From: Squatina squatina
Lineage: Eukaryota
Assembly: GCA_031763465.1 (NCBI GenBank)
Contig: JARFOE010000176.1
Coordinates: 14,405,217 to 14,439,217, forward strand
Length of the DNA: 34,001 nucleotides
Direction: 5' to 3'
In this document: positions 30,908 through 34,001 of the stretch, in pieces
Position numbering within the stretch: position 1 is the stretch's first letter
Layout of the letters: each line of letters begins with the position of its first letter
Made by a program: the position numbers and the translations under genes
Notes under the pieces: generated by a model
Seen by the model: only the letters and a program-made list of their open reading frames with translations
Told to the model about the DNA's origin: nothing
Database searches by the model: none

Positions 30908-30986
30908 CAATTGAATGGCGGAGCGGGCTCGATGGGCCAAATGGCCTACTCCTGCTCCTACTTCTTATGGTCTTATGGTCTTATGG
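30908..30986 (+). mobile_element. CR1 3' tail
   Basis: GGCTCGATGGGCCAAATGGCCTACTCCTGCTCCT ending in (TCTTATGG)3 at 30963-30986. Confidence 0.85.
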
Positions 30987-32286
30987 TTGGGGAAGCATAT
31001 CTCTCGCTTTTGTTGTTCACATTTTTATCAGTTGCATTGTTTCTCCACATCCAATAAATGAGGAAGCTACAATGATGTCTATCCTTTGCCCCAGGACGAT
31101 TGCAAGTAATACGTCCGATTAGATCATAGAGAGTTCTCTGCTGTGTGCCAGTTAGCATTTCCAGTCTCGAATCAGGATATGTGGCTTATGAGAGAGTTTG
31201 TGGGACATCCATCACATCCTCTTGCCACTTCGGCCAGGCCACTGTGCACGATAAAAGTACTTGGTCAGATTTATTTACAATGAAATAACATCCAAAGGCA
31301 AGTACTGACCCAGTATAATAACCAACCTTACTGTAATGCAGCCACCAAACAAAGTCCAGGTCATTTTTGTAAAATTCAAATTCAGCCGAATGATCCAAAA
31401 TTGAATAAAATAAAGTCAGCATCTTCCAGTTCTGTCACAAAGGGGGAAGGAATATTTCCGACGACTGGCTGCTCAGTTCTCAACAGAAAAATGCACGACT
31501 GAAAGGTAAATAAAGGGTGGGGCACCTTGGACACTCATTTGTCCATCTGATTCCATTTTCAGGCGGACCATTAAAAGGGGGCCCAGCTCTCCTGCCTAAA
31601 ACAGTCAGGAGGCTATTTAAAATATGCAAAGCAGGGTCGGTTGTTGGATCGAGATTGCAATTTTAATGGGCAAATGAGCAGAGTATGTGCTGTGCATGCT
31701 AGTCCCACTTGTACAAGGTTTTGAGCCTAACCATCGGTTCATGAAGAAAAGCTACAGCTTTAAAAAAAAAATGTTTTTTTGTGCTTCTGGTGTGTGGAAA
31801 ATTGCTCCTTATTTGGCCACAGGCTACAACTTTCTAAATATAAAAAGAAAAATGGTTGCCATTACAGCAGGAGCTACTCCAGGGCCTTCGGACTACATTG
31901 AGCCGCCCCTATTTTTACCCAAGGGAATCAAAGCAAAAAGCATGAGTGCTGTGCACATCACATAACCGCAGAAACCATCCTTTGCAGGTTTGTGCTCAAT
32001 AAGTCGCAGTTTAGCAGCTTAACAAGTAGCTCAGAGGCTTTATTATAGGCTATAGGTTGGCTCGTCAGTTCTGTGTTACTCATAACACACTCAATTTCAC
32101 AGAAAGCCAAATTAAGTTTGAGGTGGCGTTAAACGTGACCTCCGCATAGCCTGCTTTTTGTGTGCTGTGAGTAACTCCAGCCCCATAGAGATGCTGCTCC
32201 GAGTGGGGCACACTGTTGGGGTAGAGTAAAGCGTAATGTGTGTAATGAACATCTGAAGCCCCAGAGTAATCTCAGGGTGGTAAGAT

Positions 32287-32372
32287 GATCACCTTCTCAA
32301 GGGCAACTAGGAATGGGCAATAAATGCTGGCCTTGCCAGTGATGCCCACATCCCAGGAGTGAATAAAAAAAA
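32287..32372 (+). mobile_element. LINE 3' tail with an A-rich end
   Basis: CACCTTCTCAAGGGCAACTAGGAATGGGCAATAAATGCTGGCCTTGCCAGTGATGCCCACATCCC...AAAAAAAA; related to ~19745-19800. Confidence 0.7.
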
Positions 32373-32569
32373 GTGTTGAAATACTGACATCTTGATGTTA
32401 ATCAGATCCGTCTCCAGGCTTGTTGCCAAGGAAATCCGGCACAAGCTGGTTTTAACTGGGTGACCAGTTTAAGGTTAAAAGTTTCATAAGTGTGGCATAA
32501 ACAAAAATCTTCAGCCATTCCTTCACACTGATTAAACTTTGTCTTGAGTCACCAGTAAGGCAGCTTACT

Positions 32570-32935
32570 GATTAAGGGGAGATTTGATTGAGGTGTTCGA
32601 TATTACACAGTAAATAAAGCTAAACTGTGTCCAGTGGCAGGAGGGTCGGTAAACTGAGGATAATTGGCAAAAAAAAAACAGGAAACTGAGAATTTTTTCT
32701 TTTATGCACCGAGTTGTCGTGATCTGGAACGTGCTGCCTGAAAGGGCGGTGGAAGCACATTCAATAGTGACTGTCAGCAAAGAATTGGATAAATACTTGA
32801 AAATGAACCATTTGCAGGGCTCTGGGAAAAGAGCAGGGGGAGTGGGACTAATTGGAGAGCTCTTCCAAAAGAGCCAGCACTGACTCAATGGACCGAATGG
32901 CCTCCTTCTGTTCTGGATGGTGCTATGATTCTGTA
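32570..32935 (+). mobile_element. CR1 3' end
   Basis: LRGDLIEVF and RVVVIWNVLPERAVEA motifs, followed by the CR1 tail. Confidence 0.87.
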
Positions 32936-33391
32936 ACGGTACTGGGTTCTCCTGTTCCTTGCTCCCTCATTCCACCATCAGTGCTTGTTCTTTCAGCCAT
33001 GGGGCCCTGCTGTTTACAGCACCTTTGCTTAGCATCGCCACCTTGCCCCCTCTCCCTCTACGCTTTCAAAGGTTTCCTTTTGCTTCCTTCCATCCTTTCT
33101 ATTTTCTATTTCCCTCCGCTGCTTGGAATCCACTGTGTCCCCTTGTAATGTATATTGTTCGTAGAAATTCATAGTCATTTACAGCACAGCAGGAGGCCAT
33201 TCGGCCCATCGTGTCTGTGCCGGAATAGTAAGCGCTGCAACTTCTGGCAATGGTGTTGTATTTTAAGTGCCGTGCCACTTCTTGTTTTCTANNNNNNNNN
33301 NNNNNNNNNNNNNNNNNNNNNNNNNNNNNNNNNNNNNNNNNNNNNNNNNNNNNNNNNNNNNNNNNNNNNNNNNNNNNNNNNNNNNNNNNNN

Positions 33392-34001
33392 GCAAAAACG
33401 TTAGAAGAGAATGTCCCAGGGTACTTGAAGTGATATGAAACAAAATTTGACACCAAGCCACCATAAGGAGCTATTAGGACAGATGACACAAAGCATTTTT
33501 AAGGAGCATCTTCGAGGATGAAAGAAAGCGAGGGAGGTGGAGAGGTTTAGAGAGGGAATTCCAGAGTTCAGGGCCAAGGCAGATGAAGGCAGAGCCACCA
33601 ATGGTGGGACGATTAAAATCAGGGATGCGCAAGAGGCCAGAATTGGAGGAGCGCAGAAATCTTGAAGGGTTGTTGAGCTGGTGGACATTATAGAGATAGA
33701 CAGAGGCAAGGCCATGGAGGGATTGGAAAAAAAAGAATGAATTTTTTTTAATTGATGTGTTGCCGGACCGGGATCCAATGTAGGTCATCAAGCACAGTTG
33801 CGGTGGGTAAACGAGATACGGGCAGCAGAGTTCAGATGAGCTCAAGCTAATGGAGGGAGGAAGAAGGGATGTCGGCCAGGAGGTAACAAAGGTGTGGATC
33901 AGGGTTTCAGCAACAGATGAGCTGGGGCAAGGGCGGAGTCAAGTGAATTTATTGAGGTGGACGTAGGCTGTCTTGGTATAAGATTGGAAAATCATCTCGG
34001 G
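33392..34001 (-). mobile_element. L2-type LINE 3' part
   Basis: ORF 33474-33845 reads SLHGLA..YL...RFLRSSNSGLLRIP...IGGSAF..LGPELWNSL. Confidence 0.88.

Noticed and set aside
30605-31122. His/Thr-rich proteins
   Set aside because: Translation of the (CA)n microsatellite plus a gap.
692-33489. ORFs containing runs of X
   Set aside because: They are read through 100-N gaps that join unrelated contigs.

Overview
This is eukaryotic, vertebrate DNA, almost certainly from a cartilaginous fish (shark-like Deu-domain SINEs, several CR1 subfamilies, L2 and Penelope-type remnants). It is not a contiguous locus: about 20 short contigs are joined by 19 gaps of exactly 100 N plus one 10-N gap, and most contigs end inside a repeat. 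Six single exons of different genes are recognisable by splice signals and peptide similarity recalled from memory: CRYZ (5268-5329 +, cut by a gap), LRRIQ3 (7105-7425 -), TNNI3K (8099-8207 +), an axonemal dynein heavy chain of the DNAH14/DNAH6 type (10577-10671 +), PHKB (18749-18826 -) and VAV3 (30476-30608 -). The largest single feature is a 4.8-kb satellite of 30-bp units (11640-16426) with overlapping internal palindromes and a higher-order pattern; it produces most of the long ORFs in the track. The rest is decayed retroelements, small hairpin or MITE-like elements, minisatellites and two CpG-rich promoter-like patches. I found no CRISPR array, rRNA, intact tRNA or prokaryote-type system, and no convincing new multi-gene system. 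The best leads are the satellite architecture, the hairpin elements, the apparent micro-synteny of the exons and a few unassigned exon candidates. Repeat boundaries are approximate (read by eye), and no database search was run.
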